This document shows positions 9,444-17,992 of a stretch of 60,779 nucleotides of DNA, in pieces (position 1 is the stretch's first letter; every line of letters starts with the position of its first letter). The notes beneath the pieces were generated by a model. The model was not told the DNA's origin. It saw nothing but the letters and a program-made list of their open reading frames with translations, and made no database searches. Source of the DNA: Candidatus Zixiibacteriota bacterium (GTDB taxonomy: Bacteria > Zixibacteria > MSB-5A5 > GN15 > FEB-12). The DNA lies in assembly GCA_041742355.1 (NCBI GenBank), contig JBGSIV010000121.1:1-60779 (forward strand), read 5' to 3'. The position numbers and the translations under genes are program-made.

Positions 9444-10234
9444 CGGAACTCCTCCACCCGGAGGAGGAACAATTCCTCGATGCGGTGGAAGTTCACGGCC
9501 GGGTCCACGAGAATCTGTGAGAAGGCCGCGCTTTCGCCACGTTTGACCTCGCTCACCACGCCGAGGGGAAGTCCCGGCGGGTAGACTCCGCCGAGTCCCG
9601 AGGATACAATCGTATCCCCAATAACGATATCGCCGTACACGGGAAAGTTGTCGAGGATCATTCCCCGTCCCACCACATACCGGAGGATTCCCATCTCACG
9701 GCTGCGGCCCACCCGCCCGGCGACCCGGTTGGCCGGATCGGTCAGCAGTTGCACAGTCGCAAACGCCGGTGTCGTGGAACTTACCCGCCCGATCAAGCCC
9801 CATTCGTTGACGACCGGCTGGTTGACAAACACCCCTTCGCCGGAACCCCGGTCGATGATGGCCGTGGTGGGGACCATGTATCCGGATACCGCAACCACTT
9901 CGGCGGCCAGGAGGCGATATCCGCTCGGCGGCTCGAATCCGAGCGCCGACCGGAGCCGTTCGTTCTCTTTCATCGCCTCGTCGAAAAAACTAAGCTGCAG
10001 GGAGGCTTCCATGAGCTCTTCCCGCAGCTTCTGATTGGCTTCCGCCTGGGAGCGCAGGAGTTCGACGGCGGTGCGGAGCTTGAAGAAGGGATAGTACAGC
10101 CCGTTGAGGACGATCGGCCCGACCAGTTGATCAACCGCGGCCGGCGCCACGATCAGCAGGGTCGACAGCACGATAATGACACCGTACTGCACGTTGCGCC
10201 CATGCCTGGCGACCAGCGTTGAAATCCATTTCAT
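9440..10234 (-). CDS. mreC: Rod shape-determining protein MreC
   Basis: N-terminal anchor, coiled-coil segment (LRSQAEANQKLREELMEASLQL), then a beta-rich C-terminal domain (GDTIVSSGLGGVYPPGLPLG) typical of MreC. Synteny supports the call. Confidence 0.8.
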   Translation of the reverse strand: MKWISTLVARHGRNVQYGVIIVLSTLLIVAPAAVDQLVGPIVLNGLYYPFFKLRTAVELLRSQAEANQKLREELMEASLQLSFFDEAMKENERLRSALGFEPPSGYRLLAAEVVAVSGYMVPTTAIIDRGSGEGVFVNQPVVNEWGLIGRVSSTTPAFATVQLLTDPANRVAGRVGRSREMGILRYVVGRGMILDNFPVYGDIVIGDTIVSSGLGGVYPPGLPLGVVSEVKRGESAAFSQILVDPAVNFHRIEELFLLRVEEFR

Positions 10235-10264
10235 ACCGGTTGTCGATCGGACCGAATGTGGCTA

Positions 10265-10723
10265 CTACTCTACGTTGTCCATGAGCGCGAGGACGTCGCC
10301 CGGCGACGATGCCTCGAGGAGCTTCTGACGGTTCTTCTCCGATTTCATCAGGAACGACAGCCGCGCCATCACGTTCAGGTGCGCGCCGATCGCATCCTCC
10401 GGTGCGGCGATCAGGAAGAACAGGTTGACCGGGCGGTGATCCATGGCGTCGAACGGTACGCCCTTGCCGCTGCGTCCGAAGGCGATCACGATTCCCTTGA
10501 CCGATTTTGTTTTCGCATGCGGAAACGCCACCCCGTACCCCACGCCGGTCGTCACCAGGTTTTCCCGCTCGCGAACGTCGGTCAGCAACTGGTCGCGGTC
10601 CTTGACCATGTTGGAAGTCGCCACGAGATCCACCAGTTCTTCGATCACGTCATCCTTCGCGTCCGACTTGAGGTTGAACTTGACCAGCGTCTCGTCACAG
10701 AACTTCGACAGTTTCATTGTCAT
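10265..10723 (-). CDS. ptsN: PTS EIIA(Ntr)-type regulatory protein
   Basis: PTS EIIA type-2 domain with the phosphorylatable-His context GVGYGVAFPHAKT. 152 aa. Confidence 0.8.
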   Translation of the reverse strand: MTMKLSKFCDETLVKFNLKSDAKDDVIEELVDLVATSNMVKDRDQLLTDVRERENLVTTGVGYGVAFPHAKTKSVKGIVIAFGRSGKGVPFDAMDHRPVNLFFLIAAPEDAIGAHLNVMARLSFLMKSEKNRQKLLEASSPGDVLALMDNVE

Positions 10724-10732
10724 AACCCTTGC

Positions 10733-10900
10733 CTACAGTTTCTGAGCCTCATCTACCAGGAGTACCGGTATGTTGTCGCGCACCGGGTACCATACTTTGC
10801 ACCGGTCGCATATCAGTCGGTCGTTGTTTTCATCCCAGCTCAGCGGACCTCGGCATTTCGGGCACGCCAGCTTTTCGAGCAGTTTCTCCGGGAACGCCAT
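10733..10900 (-). CDS. Trm112/YcaR-family small zinc-ribbon protein (55 aa, absent from the ORF track)
   Basis: My own translation: MAFPEKLLEKLACPKCRGPLSWDENNDRLICDRCKVWYPVRDNIPVLLVDEAQKL. TAAGGAG lies 7 nt upstream of the ATG and overlaps the accA stop. The CPxC...CxxC..YP..dgIP.LL pattern is the Trm112 signature. Confidence 0.7.
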   Translation of the reverse strand: MAFPEKLLEKLACPKCRGPLSWDENNDRLICDRCKVWYPVRDNIPVLLVDEAQKL

Positions 10901-10910
10901 CGCACACTCC

Positions 10911-11873
10911 TTACACTTGGTCGAACTCGCCCATGACGCGGTACTTGGCCAGGCGGCGGGCCAGCAGTTCGTCCGTCGGCAGCGCCTGCAGCTCGGCCAG
11001 GGCGCTCAGGATCGCCGCCTTGACAATTCCGGCCGCGCAGGCCGGGTCGCTGTGCGCCCCGCCGTTCGGTTCCGGAATAATCCTGTCCACTATTTTCAGC
11101 GAGATCAGATCGTTCGCCACCGGCTTCAAGGCCTCGGCGGCATCGGGGGCATTCGCCGCATCGCGCCACAGAATCGCGGCGCATCCTTCCGGCGAGATCA
11201 CCGAGTACCACGAGTACTGGAGCATCATCACGGTATCCCCGATGCCGACGCCCAGCGCGCCGCCCGAGGCTCCTTCGCCGATGATCACGCAGACGATCGG
11301 GACCCGTATGCCGAACATTTCGCGGATATTGTACGCGATGGCCTCGGCCTGCCCCCGCTCTTCCGCGCCGATCCCGGGAAACGCGCCCGGGGTGTCGATC
11401 AGGATCACGATCGGCACTCCGAATTTTTCGGCCAGGCGGAACAGGCGCAGCGCTTTGCGATACCCTTCCGGATGGGCCATCCCGAAATTCCGGCGCACCT
11501 TCTCTTTTGTGTCCCGCCCCTTCTGCTGCCCGACCATCATCACCGGCTGATTGTCGAGGTAGGCGAATCCGCCCACCATCGCCGGATCATCGGCATACCG
11601 CCGATCGCCGTGCAGCTCGACAAACCCGGTCGTCATGTGGCCGATGTAGTCCAGGGTGTACGGCCGTTTCGGATGGCGCGACAGCTGCACCATCTGCCAC
11701 CGGGTCAGGTTGGAGTAGACTTCCTCCCGCAACCGCTCGAGCTTGCGCTCCAGCGACGCGATTTCGCCCGAGAGTTCGATATTCTCGCCGATGCTGAAGT
11801 CTTTCATGCCGGAGATTTTTTTCTCCAGCTCCTTGATCGGCCGTTCGAATTCCAGTACCGGTCCATCCGACAT
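10911..11873 (-). CDS. accA: Acetyl-CoA carboxylase carboxyltransferase alpha subunit
   Basis: 320 aa with typical AccA sequence throughout (LDFERPI.ELE.KI, TPGAFPGIGAEERGQAEAIA). Confidence 0.9.
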   Translation of the reverse strand: MSDGPVLEFERPIKELEKKISGMKDFSIGENIELSGEIASLERKLERLREEVYSNLTRWQMVQLSRHPKRPYTLDYIGHMTTGFVELHGDRRYADDPAMVGGFAYLDNQPVMMVGQQKGRDTKEKVRRNFGMAHPEGYRKALRLFRLAEKFGVPIVILIDTPGAFPGIGAEERGQAEAIAYNIREMFGIRVPIVCVIIGEGASGGALGVGIGDTVMMLQYSWYSVISPEGCAAILWRDAANAPDAAEALKPVANDLISLKIVDRIIPEPNGGAHSDPACAAGIVKAAILSALAELQALPTDELLARRLAKYRVMGEFDQV

Positions 11874-12025
11874 AGTTCGTATCCCGTTGCTCAGGTATCA
11901 CTTCCCGAAGCCGTCCGACAGCCGGAAACCGGCCCGATCGGACTCAATCGTATAAGATAAAACTTCAACCCCACAAAACAACAGCAAAATGGAATGGCTC
12001 TGACCCCGACAGCCCGCGCACGGAA

Positions 12026-12892
12026 CTAGTGCCGCCGATTCACCGGCTGCGACACCGGCAGAATGGTCACCAGAAGCAGGTTGAATGCCAGCGCAAACGG
12101 CAGAACCGCATAGGAGAGGATGTTCGGATAGTGCTTCACGAAGTACCGCCACACGTTCACGTGGTGGTAGAGGTTGCGCCGGAACTTGCCCGCCCGGCTT
12201 CCCTGTCCCCAGAGGTGAACCGCCCCGGCCTCCGGCACAAAGTAGGTGTTGTAGCCGAGGAGTCCGAGCCGCAGACAGAGATCGACATCTTCCATGAACA
12301 TGAAGAAGCGGCGGTCGAATCCGCCGATCTTGTTGAAAAGTCCCCGATCGATCATCATCATCGTTCCCGCCGCCGCCGGCACCGGCGTGACCGTGTCATA
12401 ATCCGGCAGCGTGTACTGGCCGTTGGTGCGCATCAACCGCGAGAAGATCGATCCCCGCGAGAAGAGCATGTTGCCGAACTGGGGGAGGTGACGGCAGGTT
12501 GCCTGGAATGATCCGTCGGGAAAGCGCATCCGCCCGACCGCCGTGCCCACCCGGTTATTCTGGCGGCACACCGCGAGGAGCTTTTCGATGGCGAGGGTGT
12601 CGATCTGCAGGTCGGGGTTCAGAAACAGCAGGTAGTCGCCGGTCGCCTGCTCGGCGGCGAGGTTGCAGGCCCGCCCGAACCCGAGATTGGCGCCGCTTTG
12701 GATTATTTTGGCCTCGGGGAAGTAGCGTCGCACCACCTCGGACGATTCGTCGCTCGAACGGTTGTCGACCGCGACTATCTCGAGCCGGGTTCCGTTGGCG
12801 CCCGCCCGGAGACTCCGCAGGCAGTCCTCCAGCGGCGGCATGGAGTTATGCGTGACTATGACAACCGAGACGGTTTCTTTGCTCTGCGACAT
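12026..12892 (-). CDS. Family 2 glycosyltransferase
   Basis: N-terminal GT-A motif VSVVIVTHNSMPPLEDCL..VDNRSSDES and a DxD-like FMEDVDL. Confidence 0.8.
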   Translation of the reverse strand: MSQSKETVSVVIVTHNSMPPLEDCLRSLRAGANGTRLEIVAVDNRSSDESSEVVRRYFPEAKIIQSGANLGFGRACNLAAEQATGDYLLFLNPDLQIDTLAIEKLLAVCRQNNRVGTAVGRMRFPDGSFQATCRHLPQFGNMLFSRGSIFSRLMRTNGQYTLPDYDTVTPVPAAAGTMMMIDRGLFNKIGGFDRRFFMFMEDVDLCLRLGLLGYNTYFVPEAGAVHLWGQGSRAGKFRRNLYHHVNVWRYFVKHYPNILSYAVLPFALAFNLLLVTILPVSQPVNRRH

Positions 12893-12902
12893 GACCCTGT
12901 TT

Positions 12903-13631
12903 CTATCCTAGCTGACCGAACAACGACTTCAACCGCAGCCACCATACCATCCAGATGGCCTCGCGGATAATCCGCCGGGACATCTTCGACTGGCCGGCCG
13001 TACGGTCGTAAAAGATAATCGGTATTTCTTTGATCTTAAAGCCTTTTTTCCACACGCGCATCGAAACTTCGATCTGGAACGAGTAGCCGTTCGACCCGAT
13101 TGCGTCCAAGTCGAGCGACTCCAGCACTTTCCGGCGGAAGCACTTGAACCCCCCGGTTGCGTCGCGCAGGGGCAGCCCGGTGACTATCCGAGTGTAGACG
13201 TTCGCCGAATACGACAGGAGCAGGCGGGACATCGGCCAGTTGATCACGTTGACGCCGGTGATGTAGCGTGAGCCGATCACCAGGTCGTTCTGCTGAATCT
13301 CGCGCAGGAAGTCCTTGATGTATTCCGGGCCGTGCGAGAAATCCGCATCCATCTCGAAAATGAAGTCGTATCCTTCGGCCAGGGCCCACTTGAATCCCGC
13401 GAGGTACGCCCGCCCCAGGCCTTCCTTTTTCTCCCGGTGCAGCACGTGGACTTTGCTCTCCTGCGCCGCGAGTTTGTCGACGATTTCGCCCGTGCCGTCG
13501 GGCGAGTTGTCGTCGACCACCAGCACGTTGATCCGCGGGTCGAGCGGGAGCACCGCGTGAACGATCTTCTCGATGTTTTCCCGCTCGTTGTAGGTCGGAA
13601 AGATGATGAGCGCGCGTTGTGAATGGGCCAT
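12903..13631 (-). CDS. Polyprenol-phosphate mannose/glucose synthase (Dpm1-like GT2)
   Basis: ALIIFPTYNERENI..VLVVDDNSPDGTGEIV..EMDADFSH is the Dpm1/Ppm1-type signature. 242 aa, no TM tail. Confidence 0.8.
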   Translation of the reverse strand: MAHSQRALIIFPTYNERENIEKIVHAVLPLDPRINVLVVDDNSPDGTGEIVDKLAAQESKVHVLHREKKEGLGRAYLAGFKWALAEGYDFIFEMDADFSHGPEYIKDFLREIQQNDLVIGSRYITGVNVINWPMSRLLLSYSANVYTRIVTGLPLRDATGGFKCFRRKVLESLDLDAIGSNGYSFQIEVSMRVWKKGFKIKEIPIIFYDRTAGQSKMSRRIIREAIWMVWWLRLKSLFGQLG

Positions 13632-13644
13632 TCCGGGACACCTC

Positions 13645-16179
13645 TTACTGCTGTCGCCGCCGATAGTTCTGTACGACGTAGAAGCCGACTACCAGGCCGA
13701 GGAAAAGTGTCGTCAGCCAGGTCACCAGCTTGCCCGTCTGATACCGTTCCGATTCATACACGAAGAGCGCCGCCTTTGTCCCGGCCGGAATCGCCACCGC
13801 CCGGAAGCTGCCGTACGCCCGAAGCACCTCCGCCGGCTGTCCGTCGAGGTACACCTGCCACGCTTCGTACCAGTTGTCGGTGAGCACCAGGAGCTTGTTC
13901 TGCGCCACCCGCAGTCCCACGATCACCGTGTCGGGGTTGTGCTCGACAATCCAGGCCGAGTCGGCCGACAACGAGTCGCGTGGGATGTCCAGCGGCGGAT
14001 CCTTCTCGAGGTACGCGAGCCGACGGAGATCATCGTCGCCGTTGAGCACTTTCGGCGTGATCTGGTTCCGATCCGGGATCACCTGGTAGCGGTCGACGAG
14101 GAAGACGCGCGGGAAGGCGTTCTCGTTGCGCAGGACGTTGAACTGCCCGAACGACGCCGCCGGATTGACCGGGGCGGGGCCGAAGTACCCTTCGGGCATG
14201 CGGGCGCTCCCCGGGAAGAGAATGTATTCCGCACCGACGAGATTGAGGAACCTCGGGTTCGGCTTATCGGTCACATTCGGCGCGCCGGGGCCGCCGAGCA
14301 GGTCATCGTACCACCGCAACTGGTTGCCGTGGTACCCGGTGACCACTTCGACTTGATGGTAGGGGAGCAGATTCGCCGGGAGTACGCCGAAATCCACGAC
14401 CCGATAGGGGGCCGGCTGTTGCGCGAAGAACTGGGTCACCGCGTTCTCCCCCCACATCTGCTGCTGATCATAGGTCGCCACGAACCGCCCGTTGAACCGG
14501 ATGCCATCCACCACCGGCACGAGCACCAGTCCCGCGAGGACCATGGCCCCTGCGCGACGGCTCCGATACAGCCAGAGGCACACCGCCGCCAGAGTCACGA
14601 AGACGAAGGCCATCCACAATCCGGACTGGACCGTGGGGAGATTCCGGTAGGCCAGGTCAAGCTTGGTTATTCCCTGCTGCACCTGGCGGGTCGCGGCCTC
14701 GCTGTAGAAGATCGAGGTCCACAGGCTGAGCATTCCCCGCCCGGCCGCACTGAACAGGAGCGCCAGCGCGAACAGGAACGCCGGGAATCCCCAGAGGAGC
14801 CACTCGAACCGTTTCCCCGGGGCTTCCGCTTCCTTCTTCTCGTACGCGTCGCGAAGCCGCTGCAGCCCCATTCCCGCCAGCAGCGCCGCCGAGAACGAGA
14901 ACAGGAACATGATCATCGCGGGCGCGCGCAACGACTTCACCTTGGGTATCAGGTGGTAGAATATCTGGAACACCGGCGTCGTATCCGCCAGCGCATAGAG
15001 CAGCGCAAATATGGCCAGCCCCGCGAAGAAGTACGCCTCCCGGCGCTTCGCGAAGAACGCGCCCAGGAGCGCGAGGAAGAACGTCACCGCCCCGACCGCC
15101 TCGGAGTTGTCCTTGAACATGTTCTTGCCCCAGTAGAACGACTGGGTTCCCTCGCTGTTGGACCCGGGGAATTCGGGCACAATCAGCCCCATCGCTTCTT
15201 CCGTGTGCATCGACCACGAGATCGCCCACTCCCAGCCCCGTTTCGTATCCGCCCGGGGCGAGAACTCATTCGTGTACACGTACCCGGGGTAGAACTGGAT
15301 GGCCGAGAGCAGCAGCCCGATCACCACACCGTAGACGGCGAGTACGGCCGGACGGATCAGCGGCGCGACCGAGTGCGTCTCGCGATACAGGAGAACGAGG
15401 CGGAAGAGGGTGTACAGCGCCAGGGCCCAGAGGGTGAAGTACGACATCTGCGGGTGCGGCGACAGGACGATCAGGCCGATCACCAATCCCATGAGCGAGA
15501 AATCCAGGAATGAGCGCCGCTCGAAGCCGCGGTCAAGGAACAGCATCGCCAGCGGGAAGAGCGTGGTGACGAATATTTTGCCGTCGTGTCCCGGCGCCAC
15601 GAACGACACCAGGTAGGGGGCGAACATGTAGCATACGCCGGCGAGAAGGGCCGCGATTTTCGACAGCTTGAACTGCCGCGCCGCGAGGTACATGAAAACA
15701 CCGGCGAGGAATATGTGCAGGAAGAGGATCCAGCCGAGCATGCGGAAAATGTCGCCGAAGAATTTCAGGAACGAGAGCGGGTAGAATATGTCGCCGTGGA
15801 ACGCTTCGATGTACGGCAATCCGCCGAAAATGTACGGGTTCCAGCGCGGGACGGTCCCGTACTCGCCGACAAAGTCCACGAGCATCGAGCGGAAGAATAT
15901 ACCGGCCTGAATCGTGTCCGATCCGTACAGCATCAGGTCGGAGAAGATGAATTTCCGGAACAGCACGACCAGCGCGACAAAGATGACGGCGAACGCCACC
16001 GGCGCGAACCACGGCGAATGCTCGAAGTCAAACGACGATGTCGTCCGTGAAGGCGTACTTTTCGGACCCGGTTTGCTTTTGACCGCCACTCTCGATCTCC
16101 CGATCACATGGTGTTGTCGGCTCAGACAGACGGAACCCGGCTGGCGGTCGGAGTGTCCCCCCAACCGGCTTGGCCGCAT
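13645..16179 (-). CDS. YfhO-family polytopic membrane protein (putative GT-C-type glycosyltransferase)
   Basis: Many TM helices plus a large C-terminal extracytoplasmic domain. The N-terminal region GSDTIQAGIFFRS..PRWNPYIFGGLPYIEAFHGDIFYPLSFL is YfhO-like. Start is uncertain: an in-frame GTG at 16089 has GGGAGA 6 nt upstream. Confidence 0.7.
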   Translation of the reverse strand: MRPSRLGGHSDRQPGSVCLSRQHHVIGRSRVAVKSKPGPKSTPSRTTSSFDFEHSPWFAPVAFAVIFVALVVLFRKFIFSDLMLYGSDTIQAGIFFRSMLVDFVGEYGTVPRWNPYIFGGLPYIEAFHGDIFYPLSFLKFFGDIFRMLGWILFLHIFLAGVFMYLAARQFKLSKIAALLAGVCYMFAPYLVSFVAPGHDGKIFVTTLFPLAMLFLDRGFERRSFLDFSLMGLVIGLIVLSPHPQMSYFTLWALALYTLFRLVLLYRETHSVAPLIRPAVLAVYGVVIGLLLSAIQFYPGYVYTNEFSPRADTKRGWEWAISWSMHTEEAMGLIVPEFPGSNSEGTQSFYWGKNMFKDNSEAVGAVTFFLALLGAFFAKRREAYFFAGLAIFALLYALADTTPVFQIFYHLIPKVKSLRAPAMIMFLFSFSAALLAGMGLQRLRDAYEKKEAEAPGKRFEWLLWGFPAFLFALALLFSAAGRGMLSLWTSIFYSEAATRQVQQGITKLDLAYRNLPTVQSGLWMAFVFVTLAAVCLWLYRSRRAGAMVLAGLVLVPVVDGIRFNGRFVATYDQQQMWGENAVTQFFAQQPAPYRVVDFGVLPANLLPYHQVEVVTGYHGNQLRWYDDLLGGPGAPNVTDKPNPRFLNLVGAEYILFPGSARMPEGYFGPAPVNPAASFGQFNVLRNENAFPRVFLVDRYQVIPDRNQITPKVLNGDDDLRRLAYLEKDPPLDIPRDSLSADSAWIVEHNPDTVIVGLRVAQNKLLVLTDNWYEAWQVYLDGQPAEVLRAYGSFRAVAIPAGTKAALFVYESERYQTGKLVTWLTTLFLGLVVGFYVVQNYRRRQQ

Positions 16180-16391
16180 CGGTTTTCAGCCGATACCATA
16201 ACCACAAACATACCCCAAAGCAACCTTTTTATCCGTCCCCGGCGCGGCCCGTAACTTGATTTATACAAGCGACATGCCGCCGCCCGCCCGAACCCATTCG
16301 AGGGCTTTCGACCGGGCCGGGGAAACATGGCCTGAATATCTCCACGAAATCCCCTTGCCGCGCTGGCGGTCCGTGGGTATTTTGGCTAGCT

Positions 16392-16976
16392 ATGAACAAG
16401 AACCGCCTCGAGGCGTTCAGCGACGGCGTCCTCGCCATTATCATCACGATCATGGTGCTGGAATTGGAAATCCCCCATCAGGCCGACCTCGCGGCTCTTG
16501 CCCCGCTCGTTCCCAAGCTGATCAGCTACGCCCTCAGTTTCGTCTTTCTGGGCATCTACTGGAACAACCACCACCACCTGCTGCAGGCTGTTCGCCATGT
16601 CAACGGCCGGGTGCTGTGGGCCAATCTCCACCTGCTCTTCTGGCTCTCGCTGATCCCTTTTGCCACCGGCTGGATGGGCGAGAACTCCTTTGCCGCGCGG
16701 CCGGTCGCCCTCTACGGTATCGTCCTTTTTCTCGCGGCCGTGGCCTACTATATCCTCACCCATGCCCTCATTTCGCTCCACGGCCAGGACTCTCCCCTTG
16801 CCACGGCCATTGGAACCGATAGAAAGGGCTGGGTGTCGATCTCGGCGTACCTGGCGGCGATTCCCCTCGCGTTTATCAACTCCTGGGTCTCCTACGCGCT
16901 GTATGTCCTGGTAGCCGCCATGTGGCTGATTCCCGATCGGCGGATCGAACGCACGTTGAGCGGCCGATCCGAATAG
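16392..16976 (+). CDS. TMEM175/DUF1211-family potassium channel homologue
   Basis: N-terminus MNKNRLEAFSDGVLAIIITIMVLEL is the family signature (RLEAFSDGV). About 6 TM helices. One of the few plus-strand genes. Confidence 0.8.
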   Translation: MNKNRLEAFSDGVLAIIITIMVLELEIPHQADLAALAPLVPKLISYALSFVFLGIYWNNHHHLLQAVRHVNGRVLWANLHLLFWLSLIPFATGWMGENSFAARPVALYGIVLFLAAVAYYILTHALISLHGQDSPLATAIGTDRKGWVSISAYLAAIPLAFINSWVSYALYVLVAAMWLIPDRRIERTLSGRSE

Positions 16977-17020
16977 CGCGGACAGCGGCCAGCCCTGTGT
17001 GCCTGATAGAATGCCTGTGA

Positions 17021-17980
17021 TTACTTCCGGTCGGTCGACCGGATTTGACTTTCGACCCGGCGGCGGAGCGCATCGAGTTCTTCCTTGATTGCCGCCTGCC
17101 CCTCGGTGATGAACCCCATGGCGAAAAGCCCTACCCCGAGTCCGGCCAGCAGTAGCACCAGGTACAGGAGAGGCAGCTGCGTTTCCCCCCGCCAGTACTT
17201 CAGGTACACCGCCCACAACCCGACGAGGAATCCGAGAAAGAAGAACCCGAGGCCGGTAAAGCCGAAGAACAGCAGAGGTTTACGCAGGAAGGTCAGCTGG
17301 AATTTCACCGCCAGCATATCCAGTACCCCGACCGGAACCCGCCAGAGGGACTGGTACTTCGATTCTCCCCACGACCGCGGGTACAGCTTGACCTTGACTT
17401 CCTCGACCTGGTATCCCTCGTTGGCCGCCAGGACCACGAGGTAGCGGTGCCAGTCCTTGCGCATGAAGATCTGATCGACGACTTCGCGTCGGAAGGCCTT
17501 GCAGGCGTTGAGGTCGTGAACCTTGAGGCTGAATATTTTCCGCGAGACCCAGTTGTAGATCGAGGACACAAACTGCTTCTGGTACTTCCCGTGTTTCCAC
17601 CCCGCCACCAGGTCCGCTCCTTCCGCGATCGGTGCGACCAGGGCGGGGATATCCTCGGGGAGGAACTGCAGGTCGGCCGGGTAGAAGACATAGACCTCAC
17701 CGCGGGCGTGGGCGAAACCGGTTTGCAGGGCCGCCGTTACGCCGCGCCGGTGCTGGTGCCGGGCGATCCGCACGAAGTCGTATTTGGCCGCCGCTTCTTT
17801 GATCTTTGCCAGGGTATCGTCGGTCGAGCCGTCGTCGACATACACCAGTTCGCCCTCGAACGGCGCCGATCGGAGCATTTCGGCAAACAGCCGGCAGAAC
17901 TCTCCGACATTCCCGGCCTCGTTGCAGGCGGGCACGATCGTGGAGACGAAAAAGGGGTACTTGGTGGATCCCGGTGTCAC
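17021..17980 (-). CDS. GT2 polyprenyl-phosphate sugar transferase (ArnC/GtrB-like, two C-terminal TM helices)
   Basis: GT-A N-terminus (FVSTIVPACNEAGNV..VYVDDGSTDDT) followed by two hydrophobic helices at the C-terminus, which is the ArnC/GtrB architecture. Confidence 0.75.
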   Translation of the reverse strand: MTPGSTKYPFFVSTIVPACNEAGNVGEFCRLFAEMLRSAPFEGELVYVDDGSTDDTLAKIKEAAAKYDFVRIARHQHRRGVTAALQTGFAHARGEVYVFYPADLQFLPEDIPALVAPIAEGADLVAGWKHGKYQKQFVSSIYNWVSRKIFSLKVHDLNACKAFRREVVDQIFMRKDWHRYLVVLAANEGYQVEEVKVKLYPRSWGESKYQSLWRVPVGVLDMLAVKFQLTFLRKPLLFFGFTGLGFFFLGFLVGLWAVYLKYWRGETQLPLLYLVLLLAGLGVGLFAMGFITEGQAAIKEELDALRRRVESQIRSTDRK

Positions 17981-17992
17981 TGAACCTCTTCC

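Noticed and set aside
13603-15513. 636-aa plus-strand ORF antisense to the YfhO gene. Similar cases: 7319..8941, 20640..22262, 25691..26821, 33376..34956, 38674..40293, 46263..47360, 40723..41808.
   Set aside because: These are typical high-GC shadow ORFs. They are extremely Arg/His/Glu/Asp/Pro-rich with no motifs, and each exactly mirrors a minus-strand gene that has clear family signatures.
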